From: Paraspadella gotoi
Lineage: Eukaryota > Animalia > Chaetognatha
Direction of reading: 5' to 3'
Assembly: GCA_051294375.1 (NCBI GenBank)
Contig: CM119264.1
Span: 2,833,575-2,897,574, forward strand
DNA: 64,000 nt
The notes beneath the pieces are model-generated. The model worked only from the letters and a program-made list of their open reading frames with translations, was not told where the DNA came from and did not search any database. A program made the position numbers and the translations under genes. Below, one piece after another: positions 12,454 to 24,667 of the stretch (position 1 is the stretch's first letter; every line of letters begins with the position of its first letter).

Positions 12454-14199
12454 TAGATATGAACCCTGGTATTTTCTCGATATTCCCCCTAAAAATATAG
12501 GGAATGACTTTGATCTTGGTCTAAATCATTAACTAAATATTTAATCAAATTCGTAATTACCAATGACCCAATTAACAACTAAAAAATTATTTTTTTCGTT
12601 TTTCAATTTCGCACCCCGTCCTACTTTTCATCGCATTTCCGAAACCGAGAGACAGAAAAGAGAGAGAGAGAGAGAGACGACGTAAAACGAAAGAAAAAAA
12701 AGGCCCCTCGTTCGGTCTGAAAAATCGGAGAAAAAATCTTCTCCACCAATCAAATTCGATCCTCGATCTTTCCGTCAACCAATCACCGGTCTTCATTTCC
12801 AGCCTCGATGCGAAAGCGTTGGCACTAAGATAGGGAACAAAGAAAAATATACCAGCGTCATCTGGTTCTTGTTCTTGTTTTAGTGGCAAAGCCTCGCGCG
12901 GTGGCGTTCTGCTTCTGAAGACATCCTCGATTTCAGTTATTAAATGATTTCTTTCCCCTGGTCTAACTGTCTCTCTCTCTGTCTGTCTCTCTCTCGATTT
13001 CAGTTATTAAATGATTCTTTCCCTGGTCTGTCTCTCTGTCTGTCTCTCTCTCGATTTCAGTTATTAAATGATTTCTTTCTTGGTCTGTCTCTCTCTCGAT
13101 TTCAGTTATTAATGATTTCTTTCCGGTCTGTCTCTCTCTGTCTCTCTCTCGATTTCAGTTATTAAATGATTTCTTTTCCCTGGTCTAACTGTCTCTCCTC
13201 TTCTGTCTCTCTCTCGATTTCAGTTATTAAATGATTTCTTTCCCTGGTCTGTCTCTCTGTTCTCTCTCTCGATTTCAGTTATTAAATGATTTCTTTCCTT
13301 GGGCTAACTGTCTCTCTCTGACTGTCTCCTCTCGATTTCAGTTATTAAATTATTTCTTTCCCCTGGTCTAACTGTCTCTCTCTCTATCTGTCTCTCTTGA
13401 TTTCAGTTATTAAATGATTTCTTTCCCTGGTCTAACTGTCTCTCTCTCTGTCTGTCTCTCTCTCGATTTCAGTTATTAAATGATTTCTTTCCCTGGTCTA
13501 ACTGTCTCTCCGCGTTATCCTTCAAAGTCTCGCGATTACGTCGTCCGGATCAAATCTTTTTTTTTCTTTTTTAAAAATAAGGAAAACAAAATTAATTATT
13601 AATAAAACTAAAAAAACCGGTCGCGTGAATCGCCGAGTCAGATATCACAGACAGACAGTTTGTCCAGTGTAACAAACGATCGTCTTTTTCTATTCTCGCT
13701 TCTTCGTAAACAACAAGGAGCCAAGCCCGACTCGAGACTACGACGGCCAAACCGGATCGATAACAAAAACCTCATTTGACCTCAAAACGAGAAAATCAGG
13801 AAAGAAAAAGAAAAAATTCTCGCTACATAACATCCACAACTGACCACAGACCACAATCTCCGACGAGCAGACCCCACGATCCCTTTTTCTACCCCCTCCC
13901 CCATTGTATTAATCCATTTTGCACGAATCCTCGCCTGCTGCCTCAATGACCCCGGCTACTCGGGGTCAAATCTCTCTCGCTCTCTCTCCGGCCAGCTGCC
14001 CCATGCATTTACCTTCCTCCGGGGTCAGTCTTTCCCTCGTCGCCATCTGCCCATGGGTCCGACGGCCTCTAAAATAAGGGGGGGGTCTTTGTCTCCGCTT
14101 CGGCATTTTACGCCCCCACCTCTCCCCCCTTTATGGTCAGTCGCTCGCTTGAATTTTGTTCCTGACGACGGTTTCGCGAGGACCGGCTGGAATTTCCCC

Positions 14200-14280
<81 letters not shown>

Positions 14281-14702
14281 TCCCTCCCTCCTCTCTCTTG
14301 GTCAATCGCAGTCACGTGACTCCATAACCGCGAACAAAGATCGAGCCGACTGCCTAAGTAAAACGCCGATCCGAATCCGACCGATCTTCCAGCGATAAAT
14401 TTTTTTTTTCTTTCGACAACTAAGACCGAAAGTGTAGACTAGTATTATGCATACTGGGTCTTTTTTTATTGCATACAGTGTGCGTATACTTTTCACCATT
14501 GCTCGTTCATTGACGACAATGTGGTCAATTCGCTTTAACCTTCAACCAACCAACGCGCATCTTTTATATTCCTTATTTTCCCAGAACACCCCATTTTGTC
14601 TTAAATTCAGAATTAAATTATTTCTTAGTTAAAGATTATATAACGGTTAAGGTTAGGATTCAAGTTAGGGATTATGTTAGTGATTATATTAATAACTTGG
14701 TT
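6100..14702. repeat. ~4.3 kb tandem duplication (copy A ~6100-10302, copy B ~10329-14702), probably an assembly artefact
   Basis: Colinear near-identical sequence on both sides of a ~26-N gap. The copies differ mainly by scattered 1-3 bp indels, and copy B fills the N gaps of copy A. Confidence 0.9.
12927..13510. repeat. ~45-67 bp minisatellite, 10 copies (partial copy at 8641-8781)
   Basis: Unit TCGATTTCAGTTATTAAATGATTTCTTTCCCTGGTCTAACTG followed by a variable (CT)n/CTGT tail. Confidence 0.9.
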
Positions 14703-14805
14703 TGTGATTGGGGTTAGAGATTTAGGTTAGTAATCGCTCTCGGAAAAAAAGATGTTTGTTATCTCATTTCCACTTTGCATAGAACTGTCCAATGGACAGT
14801 GTCCA

Positions 14806-16248
14806 TAGAGTGATGTGAAAATGATAAAATTTTAGAAAATTAAAAATTAGCATATAAACATGAACATAAAACCATTAAAATACTTTGGTAAATTTATTTT
14901 TTAATTTTATAACATAGTGGGCACCAGTGAGCATATTTATATATAGTAATAAGTATATAATGAGGCTAAAATTTTAAAATGCAAATTTTAAAATTTTAAG
15001 ATCGGATTTGGATTCCTTGCAAAAAGTTGATATAGAAGAAAGTATAATTCTTTTTTAAAAATTATTTTTATTAAGTTAGTTAAAAAATAAAAAACTATAT
15101 TTAAAATACCGATTTTCCAATTTCCAGCTTAAAAATATAGTTTTTTGTAATTTTAACCTTCTAAGAAAAAGGGTCATTCATTCAACTTCAAAATAGGCCA
15201 AAATGGAGTACAAATTTCAGAAGGCTAAGCTCCTGCCGATCTGAAAATGTATTCACTTTAAACATTTGATGCATTCTACGCCATTTTATATCGGTTTTAT
15301 TAATAATATAAAATAAAAGAAACCTATCTGAAGAGTGCAGGATCAAACGAAAAAGCCAATCCATCTGATATTTTTTATGAATTTTATTAGTAAATTAGAA
15401 AAATGTAAATAGAGAGACATTTTAAATTTCAACTTGTATCATGAAATTGAAACATTTTTAAACTTTAACCATGAATTCTTCATAACTGGAACGCGTTTAA
15501 CAAAATGTTCTCATTACATTTTTACAAATGTTTTTTAAGATGCTAATCAAATTTAAAATCAATATTATTGCAGTCGTTAGGCTGCAACTCTTCAAATTCA
15601 GTATAGATTCACTGTAGCTCAAATTTCTTTACCATCTATTTAACTGAAGATTTTGTTCATGACTGGAAAACCAACAAAGTAACAAGATAATTGTTTAATT
15701 CTCCCCCTTCTAAATTATCCCTTACCGTGTTTTAACTTCTTACCTATAATTTTTTAACAATCAGATTGAAAAACTAATCTTTAAAAAATGTGCTTACCCA
15801 TTTAACTATAACAATTTTGTTATTTACCGATTTTAAAAAAATGATTGAAAACAGAATGTTACATATAAATAAAAACTCTTTTTTTTGTGATTACTGATGA
15901 CTATAATGTATTTCTCATGTATTAGCTCTAATACATCAAATATTACGCATTGTTATGCTGAATGGACCTTTCCTCTTAGGATATAATTGGTTGAAAAAGA
16001 TTTTATATTTTCTTTATCAACTTTTTAAACGAGGAATCTGATCTGTTCTCAGAAAAATCTGTTCTAAAAAAAAACCATTTTGAAATTTTGACATTTATAT
16101 AAGGGTAGGTACTTAATACAAAATAAGCTGACTGGGCGTACTACATTTGTAAAAAAAAAAAAAAACTTCAGATAAGTATTCACTAATATGATAGTTTTCA
16201 AAAAGATATAATGCTAAATCGTCAATTCCAAACTTTCACTTCACCCTA
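14806..16248. mobile_element. Non-autonomous hAT-like DNA transposon
   Basis: Terminal inverted repeats TAGAGTGATGTGAAA (14806) and TTTCACTTCACCCTA (ends 16248). Flanks GTGTCCA and GTGTCCCA fit a 7-8 bp target-site duplication. Interior is AT-rich with no ORF. Confidence 0.6.
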
Positions 16249-16597
16249 GTGTCCCATTGTCAAGTGCCCAAGTCCAAGTAAAAATGATATAAAAACTAGC
16301 TAATAGGAAAAAATCATTACTTAAGCTTATCAGCTAATATATAATGTTAATAAATAACAATCATAATAGAAGAAAGACTCATTTATTCCCAGTTTATAGT
16401 ATATAAATATATATATATATTTAGCAAAAAGTAAAAACATGATGAAATGATTCAGAAGTTTCCTCAACGAGATTGACGGTTGAACTTCGTGAGAAACCAG
16501 ATTCGTTAATAGCGGCGTCGCTTCCTTCTTCTTACGCGACTCGGCGTCGTCCACCGACGCCGGCTACGGTTCCACCTCTTTCGGCGCCACGAATTTT

Positions 16598-19500
16598 TTA
16601 TATTCCATCCGGCGTCATCTCGGCGCTCACTTCATCGGGCGTGGATGACGACGCCGACGCCTGTTCTTCGTTGGACGGCGTCGTCACGGAATCCGGCGTC
16701 TTTTCCGAATCCGGCGCCGTTTCCTCCGCGGTGACGTCTTCAGCGATCTCATGGGCTGAGGAAGAAGAAAACTTAGTTTCGTTTGACATATTTTAAGACA
16801 TACGATGACATTCTAAGCCTGTCATATCGACCCCTTATTATTATTATTGAATGTCAGGCCTTTCAGTTATTTTTAATTATTAGCAAATGACTTTCTAATA
16901 AAAACGTTGTATAAAATCGAATAAAGAAAGCCCATTTAAACTTTGTGTTGTTGAAGGTAACACTGACATAGTGACATCATTATAAAATCAAATTTTCAAA
17001 GAGTTAAGCATTATGTAAAATTATACTTTTCAGATTATAGAAATGCTCAGTGTCCAGAGTCAGCATCGAAAATTTATTCTTGAAGCAGATTCATATGACT
17101 TAGTGTTTGTCATAACAAATTTAAACAATTAAAAATTATTTACTGCTCTTTTGCCACAATCCCGATTTAATTAGCAATGGCCACCTTTAATCATTCATAA
17201 TAAAATTTTAAGAATTACTCTCGTCTCTCTTTTACTTATCAGAACGCTCATCATTTCTAGAACTGCTCAATGAGGTGTGCTCATAATATTATTCTATCAA
17301 TCTATTATTATTACGGACTACCAGTTGTCACCATTTTTTGTCGTCGTCATCGTCATCGTCGTCTTTCTCGTCCTTTGTCGTCGTCGATGTCGTCGCCTCA
17401 CCATCGTCTTCAGCTGACTCGGCGTCTTTGCTCCGCGCGGCGTCGTTGGCGCCATTCTTTTTGGCGGCGTCTTTTCGACTCTTTCCTCCGTTTTTGTTGG
17501 TTGCGACGCCGGGCGCCCTCTTCTTTCGCTTGAGATAGACGGTATTGACTTTGACGACCTCGTATCCCGTCTCAGAGGGATCCCCGTCCAATCGGACGCC
17601 ATTTATCGATTTCGGGAGATCGTGAATTTTTCCGGCGCTCACATTGCCGCCCTTGCTGGCTCCCTCGACGCGGCGTCTTCCTCCAGCGGCGCTGCGCTTG
17701 TTGACGCCCTTGCTGCTGTTGGTGGCGCCGGTCTCGATCCGGTTGCGACTTCGGTCGTCGGCGTTGCGGCGCGAATCTGCTGCCGGTCGCTTCTGGCCGA
17801 CGGGCGTCAAGTGCTTCTCCTTCTTCCCCGTGCGGGACCAATCATCTCGCGTTTGGTTGAAGCTGTCATTTGTTATAATCGAGGTTTTCCTTTTAGATGT
17901 CGCCTTGGTCTTGAACCCTCCTGCTACGAAAAATGGTGTTAAACAAATGGCAACCAGTCGATGAATTTTTTGAAACGCTTTCATCAAATTGCCTCTTCCT
18001 TTCGATCCCAATTTTCTTTTGTTCACTTCGATCGCAGCGACGTCCGACGGCGCGGCGGAATCATCCACAGCGTCGTCTGAGGCTGTGTCAAACTCGGCGT
18101 CGTCCGAATCGGCGTCACGGGCAGCCGCTTTGGCGCCGCCTTGGATTCTCTTTTCGGAGACCTTTGAATTTATCTCATCTTATTTTGACGCATATTTAAC
18201 TTATTTAATTATTTAACTTATTTAATAGGCACCCCAATATCCTCCAAGTTTACTAATGATTAAAACGTGAAAAAATCTCAAATTTACTGAACATCCCATT
18301 CGTTGTAGAAATCCAATAAAATAAATACAGGGTCCGCGCGCTCTGTGGGGAATTAATAACATCTATGGAAACCCCATGGTTTTAGTTTTCAGTCGACACT
18401 CAAAAAGTTAAGAAATATTTATAGGATAATGAAATGTCGTTTTTCTTTCCGCGCGATTAGAAGATTAACTCGGCTTAGTCAAACTTTGCACCCGTGTAAG
18501 TTGTAAGTTGGATAAGTTATTTGGGACTGACCTCATATGGAAACAATACATCTTTGAAGAATATCAGAAGAAGAAAAAATAAAGACAGTTTTAATCCGCT
18601 TTGCCTTTAATTCGATACCCAGATTGACTCTTCAATTTACTAAGTCATTTAATTGTACATATTGCCAACTGTATTTGTAAATGAGAATTATGCTTGAAAG
18701 TATTTTGTGATGGAAAGGCTAAATAAAATATCAACCAATATTAGCATAACGATATATCTTCACTGGCTTCCTAATGCAGCAGTAATTTGGTTAATTTAGC
18801 GGTTCGCAGGTGCAAAAAACTGTCAATTATTTTTTATTCATTTATCGAGAGCGGTAACTTTTAATTAGGTTTATGATATGATATGATAATAACTCCTACC
18901 AATTTTTAATAAAAAAAAAAATTTACTACTTCAAAGGAATTTTGAAAATTAATATTCCCAAAAGAGCGCGCGGACCCGGTAAATGTAATGAGATAAAATT
19001 TAAAGTACTTCTAAATTAAGCAATACGTAATTTCCCCCAACGCCATATTCCGAATATTCGTTCTCATTACGATTAAGTTAACTTCCGGATCAGATTTTCT
19101 TCCGTCACTACAGGTGGGTGAGACGTCCCGGCCCGTTGACAAGCAACGAATACCAAATCCTCTTAATAGCACATGGTTTCAGTCGAGTGAAAGCGTTGTC
19201 ACGTTTCATCCACCACATTTACTGAATACATCCAAGTAAGTTTCCCCGCCGAACGCTTACCTTTGCAACAGGAAAGTTCGGATACTTGTTTAGATTCTCA
19301 ATCCTCGTTTCCTCTCTGATCCTCTGTTTATCATCCAGATTTCGATCTCGGTTTTTCGATTTTGCCAACAGAGGTCGCGTTTTTGGGCGTCGTTTGGGTT
19401 TGACGGCTTCTTCGTCGGGTTTGTCCTCGTCCTGCTCCACTCCGGCGTTTCGCGGTTCAACGTTGGAAACCTCGTTCTCTCGTTCGACGTCTTTCAACGG

Positions 19501-22500
19501 ATGTTGATATAGGGAAAAGGAAAAAAAGATTCTAAAACTGACAAACAAATATCTTTACTAAAACATTTAATATAGTATTTTTAGAAACTTTATAAATTAT
19601 GAGATATAAGTAAAAGCCTTAACACACGCGTCCCTGTTCAAAAGTTGAAAAGAACGAATAATATGAGCATCAATTTGCTAGTATAAACTGACATTTAAAG
19701 AATAATTTAAAAAAATTGATTTAATTCTTGTTTGTGATTGTTTAGGTTCAACGGGATCCATGAGATCTCGACATCCAATGTCGAGTTTGGGTTATGAACC
19801 GTCACAGAGAACTTATGGGTTCGCTCTAGCGACGTGTAGAGAACAGGCGGGTCCCTGCACTTATATTTTTTAAGCGGGCTCCGGGTTCCCCGACTCCCTC
19901 ATTAAGCTATATATATATATATTTAATAAATATCTTGCCAAAAGTAAGGATTTTAATTGTTTATTTTTCTTTAATTGTATCAACTTATAATGTTTTTAGT
20001 ATTAGGCACGTTTTTTTTATGTTTTCCCAACTCATATGAATTCAGCACTAAGAACTTTTCCCGGGCCCCGCCCCCCAAGATACCGGGCCCCTCGGAAGCC
20101 TACCGTTCTACACGCCCCTGGTTAGCTAACTCACACGCCCCTGGTTGGTAAGGTACCGAAACTAACTTTTATTCTTGGAAGTTGCGACGCTGTCGTCTTC
20201 TTCGTCGTCGTCGCCAAAATCCGCAGCGTTGACGTTCCGCCCCTTCTTTCTTTTCGAATCGACTTTGTCTGATCGAACAACAGTGCATCGTTACCGGAGA
20301 CGATAGTCCGTATCAAAAAAAACTATCTATGGTGGAAACTTAGGCCTTTAAAAAGGTTAATCTGTGGTAAACGAGACCCGCCCAAATACTACAATAACGT
20401 AGGAATAATATAATATGATCAATGAATAATATAAAGAACTATAAAAAATTTAATATTATTAAAATATTAAGAGTTACTCAGTTCCCATCTAGAAAGAAAA
20501 AAAATTTAATACAAAAAGATTTAGAAGATCACATTTGGTGATGGTGTGGACGCAACAAGTTTCAGATCAAGAATAATTTATTCTTCAACAAGGTTATAAA
20601 CAATAACAGTCAAAATGCTCAGATGCTAAGTCTATTACAATGGTATTTACAAAGGTCATCGTTTTGACCACAAATAAACTGGGGGAAACGAGCGGGGTCA
20701 GGTTGTTAAGGTCAAGTGGTTTGACCGAGGTTGCATGTTCTATCTGTTCGTCCACAATGGCTCCTTTATATCTGGATATTGGGATTAAAGAGCCGAAATC
20801 TAAGAAGGATATGGGTTCCCAACTGATGACCTTGAAAATTATTTTGAGCATATATAAAAATATTAAAAAATAAATAATAAATGTATTCTATTTAAAATAT
20901 AAGAATAACAAATAAGACTATTAAATTTACATCTAATATATAAGGACGCCCCTTTCTTTAAACAGCTTTCCCCGGTATGTATACCCATTAGAACATACAA
21001 TTCTACTTTGTAGTCTTAACTCTCAACAATAACGAATCATAAATAACCTTAATCCCGGTAACAAATTATCCTCTCCACCCCGTTTCTGTTCAGACTTTTA
21101 GATATTTTGAAATTTTAAATTAATCAATTCTTAACAAGAATGATGTCTATTAGAAAACCAGGCAGAAAGTAACTTATAACTTTGTGTTGTATAGATGCTC
21201 CCTCTATTTCCAGAAGACAACACTTACATCCCTCTCCTCAATACATTAAAAAAGAATATACTCTATATAATTATAAAGAATATAATTATATATAGTGAAA
21301 TTTCTTATTAGGGAAAAGTTTAAAATTGTATTGCTGCAACGAGTTTATTTGATAGTATAAACGGACATGTTTCGGTTCGAACCTTCATCAGCGCAAAAGA
21401 GAGTTAATAACAGTTGTGAAATATTGAAATATTTGGTGCATAAAGAAGAGAGAGAGAGAGAGGGCAAAGTTTTCCAACACAGAGTTGAGAAAGGACAGTG
21501 GTCAAATGGGTGAGGACAGGTTAAGTTAGGGACAGAGATATTGAATTTTTCTTAAGGTAAAGTGAAATGGTGAAAAAGAGAGAGAAAAGAGTGTAGTTAA
21601 TAATACACTATGCAATGTACAAATAGTACAATAGTGTAGGCTAAAGTGATAACAATTAACTACTAATAAATTAGGTTAAATTAGTGAGTTTGAAATAGTT
21701 TTTAGTTTCAGGAGAAAGAGAAAATTGAAATTTTAAAAGATTAGTTTCTGAGGGATAGCTAAGTTTTTAGTAAAGTGAAAGTATAAGAATTAAAATAGAG
21801 CTCAAAATGAGCTGGCCCCCTTTGTTTTATGCAAATGAAGGGTCATAACGATGATGTCGGGTCATTGACGTGTCAGTGTCTGAGATGACAGTGTCGTCGA
21901 GCTTGTGTGTGGGGGACTTGAAAGGCTTCCTTGCCGGGAAGATTCCTAAGGCTACTCGAATGTCTCTCTGGCCTGGTACGCCTGCCGACTGCCCTCTTCT
22001 CGCCTGCTGGCGAGGCGGGCGGCTGTCCGTTCTCGCTGATTTTGCAGCGCGGAGGTGCGGACTCTCTCCCTCCTCCTGTAGCCGTCCGTTTTGGCGGCGC
22101 TCACTCCACAGAGAGAGGGAATGAGTTGCTACATTTGAGGGAGAGGCATCGTTTGCCCATTGTCTGCGCAAAGGTCTCCGCCTGTCTCGTTGAGTGGAGA
22201 TAGGGGAGTCATTGTGCGGACGTGGCGGAGACGGGGTCTCTACCACGCTTTTGAGAAGCGAATCATAGACATAGCTAGGAGGGAGGTCGAATCGTCCTCC
22301 ATCCAATACAATTTTAAACTTTTCCCTATATTCCAAACGCAACGAAAAGAAAGGAAATTATCACAAAGAAATTTCTTAAAATTTTTATATTTATTTTAAA
22401 ATTTTAATATAGAATTTTAAAGCCTAATTTTGTTAAATAAACGAGAGCGACCCAATTAGATGCATAATCTTTAATTTTAATTTTAATATCTTGCTAAAGA

Positions 22501-24667
22501 AAGGAAAAAACAATATCTCGCTCTTATCTTTTTCCAAAGGTTTAATCCAATCCTTAACCCTTATCCCTAACCCTAACCGAATCCCTAACCGAATTCCTAA
22601 CCTTATCATCCAACCTAAAACCAAAATCCCTTGTCGTTGGGCATTGCATAAGTTCACTTCTCCTATATTATAGGATATATATATTATAGGCTATAAGCAT
22701 GACCCGGTGGCTCAATGAGTAAAGCCATCAGCTCATGACCACTAGGTGCTGGGTTCTATCCCACCCCAGAACTAACCCTGCGGGAAGCTCAATGATGGCT
22801 GTAAACCGCCTTGAGGCCTGGAAAACCCATCCCATCCTAGGACCCGTTCCATGGCTGCTGAGCGGGCATAAAAGTTACGGATAGTAGTCTCCAGCTCACT
22901 CAGCGCTTTACCTGCACCCTAACGAAAATTGTAACCCAATTCCTTACCTACTCCCCCTATCCGCAACCTAATTATCAAACCTAAAAAGAAGTTTAAATCT
23001 GAAAACAAACAAACAAAAGGCAGACACCTTCGTTCATGATTTCCCTTTCTATTTCCTTCTGTCGTTCTTTCTCCGCTTCCTCTTCCTTCAGCCTCCTCTT
23101 CTCGAAAACTCTTCTCCTGAATTCTTCCTTTTCTTTTCTGCGAAAAAAAAGAAGAAAAGACGGTTATATTGAAAGTTATGTTTTAAGTAGTTAAATTATA
23201 TAATTATTATAGTAGAAGGAATTAACGAAAATTTCGTTTTTTACAACTATTTAATTTGAGAGTTAGTAGGATATGTTTCGACTCTTGTTATTGAGAGTCT
23301 TTATCTGCAAGTGGATAACAAATTTACTTTGTCTCAAACATTAGTTTTTGGAGAGAGAGAGAGAGAGAGAGTTTCCAACAAAGAATTGATTAAGGGATAG
23401 AGGACAGGTGAGAGTAAGGACAGGGAAGGAGAGAGTAGGTGAATTTGAAATTGGTGAAAGGAGAGAGAGAGAGAGAGGGACACAAATCAATACATTGGGC
23501 ATTGTACAACAGTGAAAGAATTTAGAAAAACTAATTATATAACAAGAGATAATAATAAATAAATTAACAGCTGATGATGATGATGATATTATAGTAATAT
23601 TTATTTTAAAAGTTCGTCAAAGTGAAGAGAGCCGGTTGGACAAGTTAAGAGCAGATTTTAGAAGAATCGACAGTAGAGAAGAAAGAAAAACAAAATATTT
23701 AAAATATGACAAAAAATATGGCAAAATGAGTGATTTTTAATTTAATTAATATTTAATATTCGTTACTCATTAAACAATAAATAATCAACCTATCACGATT
23801 AAACGTATACATATTCTTTGCAAAAGTAATTATAAACTTTAAAGTTAACTTGTCAGTTACTACTAAAAAATAAAAAATAAAAGTTACGTTAAAACTTATA
23901 AAGTCAATCGTTATCTTTTAAAGGAACTTTAAAAATACTTTGAACAATGTGGCTGACCTGGACATTTTCTTTTGGTGCGGCTCCGTAGATCTCCTTATAG
24001 GCGGACCCGGGATGTAATGGTCATCCCCGAAATCTTGACCCTTCAACGGAGGTTTTCCTTTGCAGATGTTGTAAGAGAGACCCGCGTTGCACACGCTATT
24101 CGAGCGCGGGGTTGCCATGGAAACGAAAAGATCGACATCAATGAAGAGAGCTTGGTATATCAATGTTTAATATGCCTATATGTCTTTCATTCTTCTTACT
24201 TTACACTTACAAGTATTGAACGTTTCATAATTTATTTACCTGCACTGTTCGTAGCATGATCCCTTCGCCATGCATTTGCTTTGACATTTCTTTGTGGTAC
24301 TTTTGACGCACGCCAGTAGGTCACGTACCTGAGATGATATGTTTATATCGATTATAATCTTAAAACACAAAGAGATTGGCTTATTTTTTTTCTAAATAAC
24401 TTTTCTTTACCTGAATTAAAACCCTTAGATAAATCTCAGGGATCCGAGGAAGATCAGCAAAATAAAGGAGAAAATAAAGCGAGGCCCCTTATTCTTTCAT
24501 TGCGCCGAATCATCCCTGACCTGTGCCTTGGTCTCCAAAGCTCCCTCCGTGGTCAGAGTCGGCAAAATTCCGATTCCTCTGAACGGCGCCATAGCAACTT
24601 GATCTGACGAGGGGGCGCGTGAGTGCGGACTGAACACAACCATCCCCGAATCCGTTTGGAACGACAT
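16598..24667 (-). CDS. Multi-exon gene of unknown product: Cys-rich N-terminal segment, charged coiled coil, long acidic/basic low-complexity tail
   Basis: Phase-compatible GT-AG exons: 24667-24521 (MSFQTDSG...TKAQ), ~24328-24240 (VRDLLACVKSTTKKCQSKCMAKGSCYEQC), ~24096-23958 (SVCNAGLSYNICKGKPP...), ~23137-23028 (KEKEEFRRRVFEKRRLKEEE...), ~20268-20167, ~19490-19261, ~18161-17330. A further exon at ~16755-16598 needs a 1-bp homopolymer correction to join, so the 3' end is uncertain. Confidence 0.6.
18328..18979. mobile_element. Tc1/mariner-type MITE (related partial copy at ~25935-26160)
   Basis: TA|CAGGGTCCGCGCGCTCT ... AGAGCGCGCGGACCCGG|TA gives 17 bp TIRs with a TA duplication. Internal sequence ACACTCAAAAAGTTAA is shared with the 25935 copy. 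Confidence 0.8.
19827..20120. mobile_element. hAT-like MITE, degenerate
   Basis: Right end GTTCTACACGCCCCTG, decayed left end TAGCGACGTGTAGA; 8-bp flanks GTTCGCTC and GTTAGCTA match at 6 of 8 positions. Confidence 0.55.
20966..21240. repeat. Interspersed repeat, second copy at ~37379-37640
   Basis: Shared CTTTCCCGGTATGTAT...AACAATAACGAATCATAAATAACCTT...GTATAGATGCT.CCTCTATTTCCAG in both copies. Confidence 0.8.
21330..22300 (-). mobile_element. Penelope-like retroelement remnant with a hammerhead-ribozyme core
   Basis: Minus strand 21391-21364 reads CTGATGA-A-GGTTCGAACC-GAAA-CATGTC followed by AATAAA. An upstream frame reads LDGGRFDLPPSYVYDSLL, resembling the tail after PLE GIY-YIG domains (weak). 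The adjacent purine-rich body is shared with copies at 23270-23520 and 61915-62180. Confidence 0.6.
21364..21391 (-). ncRNA. Minimal type I hammerhead ribozyme motif
   Basis: CUGAUGA + extra A + stem II (GGU/ACC closing UCGA) + GAAA + palindromic ACAUGU + GUC triplet; stem I is only ~3 bp. Confidence 0.65.
22701..22920 (+). mobile_element. tRNA-derived SINE
   Basis: A-box-like TGGCTCAATGAG (~22708) and B-box-like GGTTCTATCCC (~22752) followed by an unrelated body; no intact cloverleaf. Similar decayed heads on the minus strand at ~27060-27115 and ~40085-40180. Confidence 0.6.
23270..23520 (-). mobile_element. Decayed copy of the hammerhead-bearing repeat family
   Basis: Minus strand CAGATAA-A-GACTCT...AGAGTC-GAAA-CATATC (core mutated, stem II intact), with the same (GA)n-GTTTCCAACA...GGACAGG body. 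Confidence 0.55.

Noticed and set aside
12927-13510. CRISPR-like repeat-spacer pattern
   Set aside because: The spacers are (CT)n variants of one another; this is a minisatellite.
20540-20850. Possible further Penelope-like 3' fragment with TTGAAGA...GAAACTTGTT on the minus strand
   Set aside because: Core is mismatched and neither stem I nor stem II pairs convincingly; the short ORF has no recognisable motif.
22701-22775. tRNA gene
   Set aside because: A and B boxes are present but acceptor and anticodon stems do not form and no poly-T terminator follows; treated as a SINE head.
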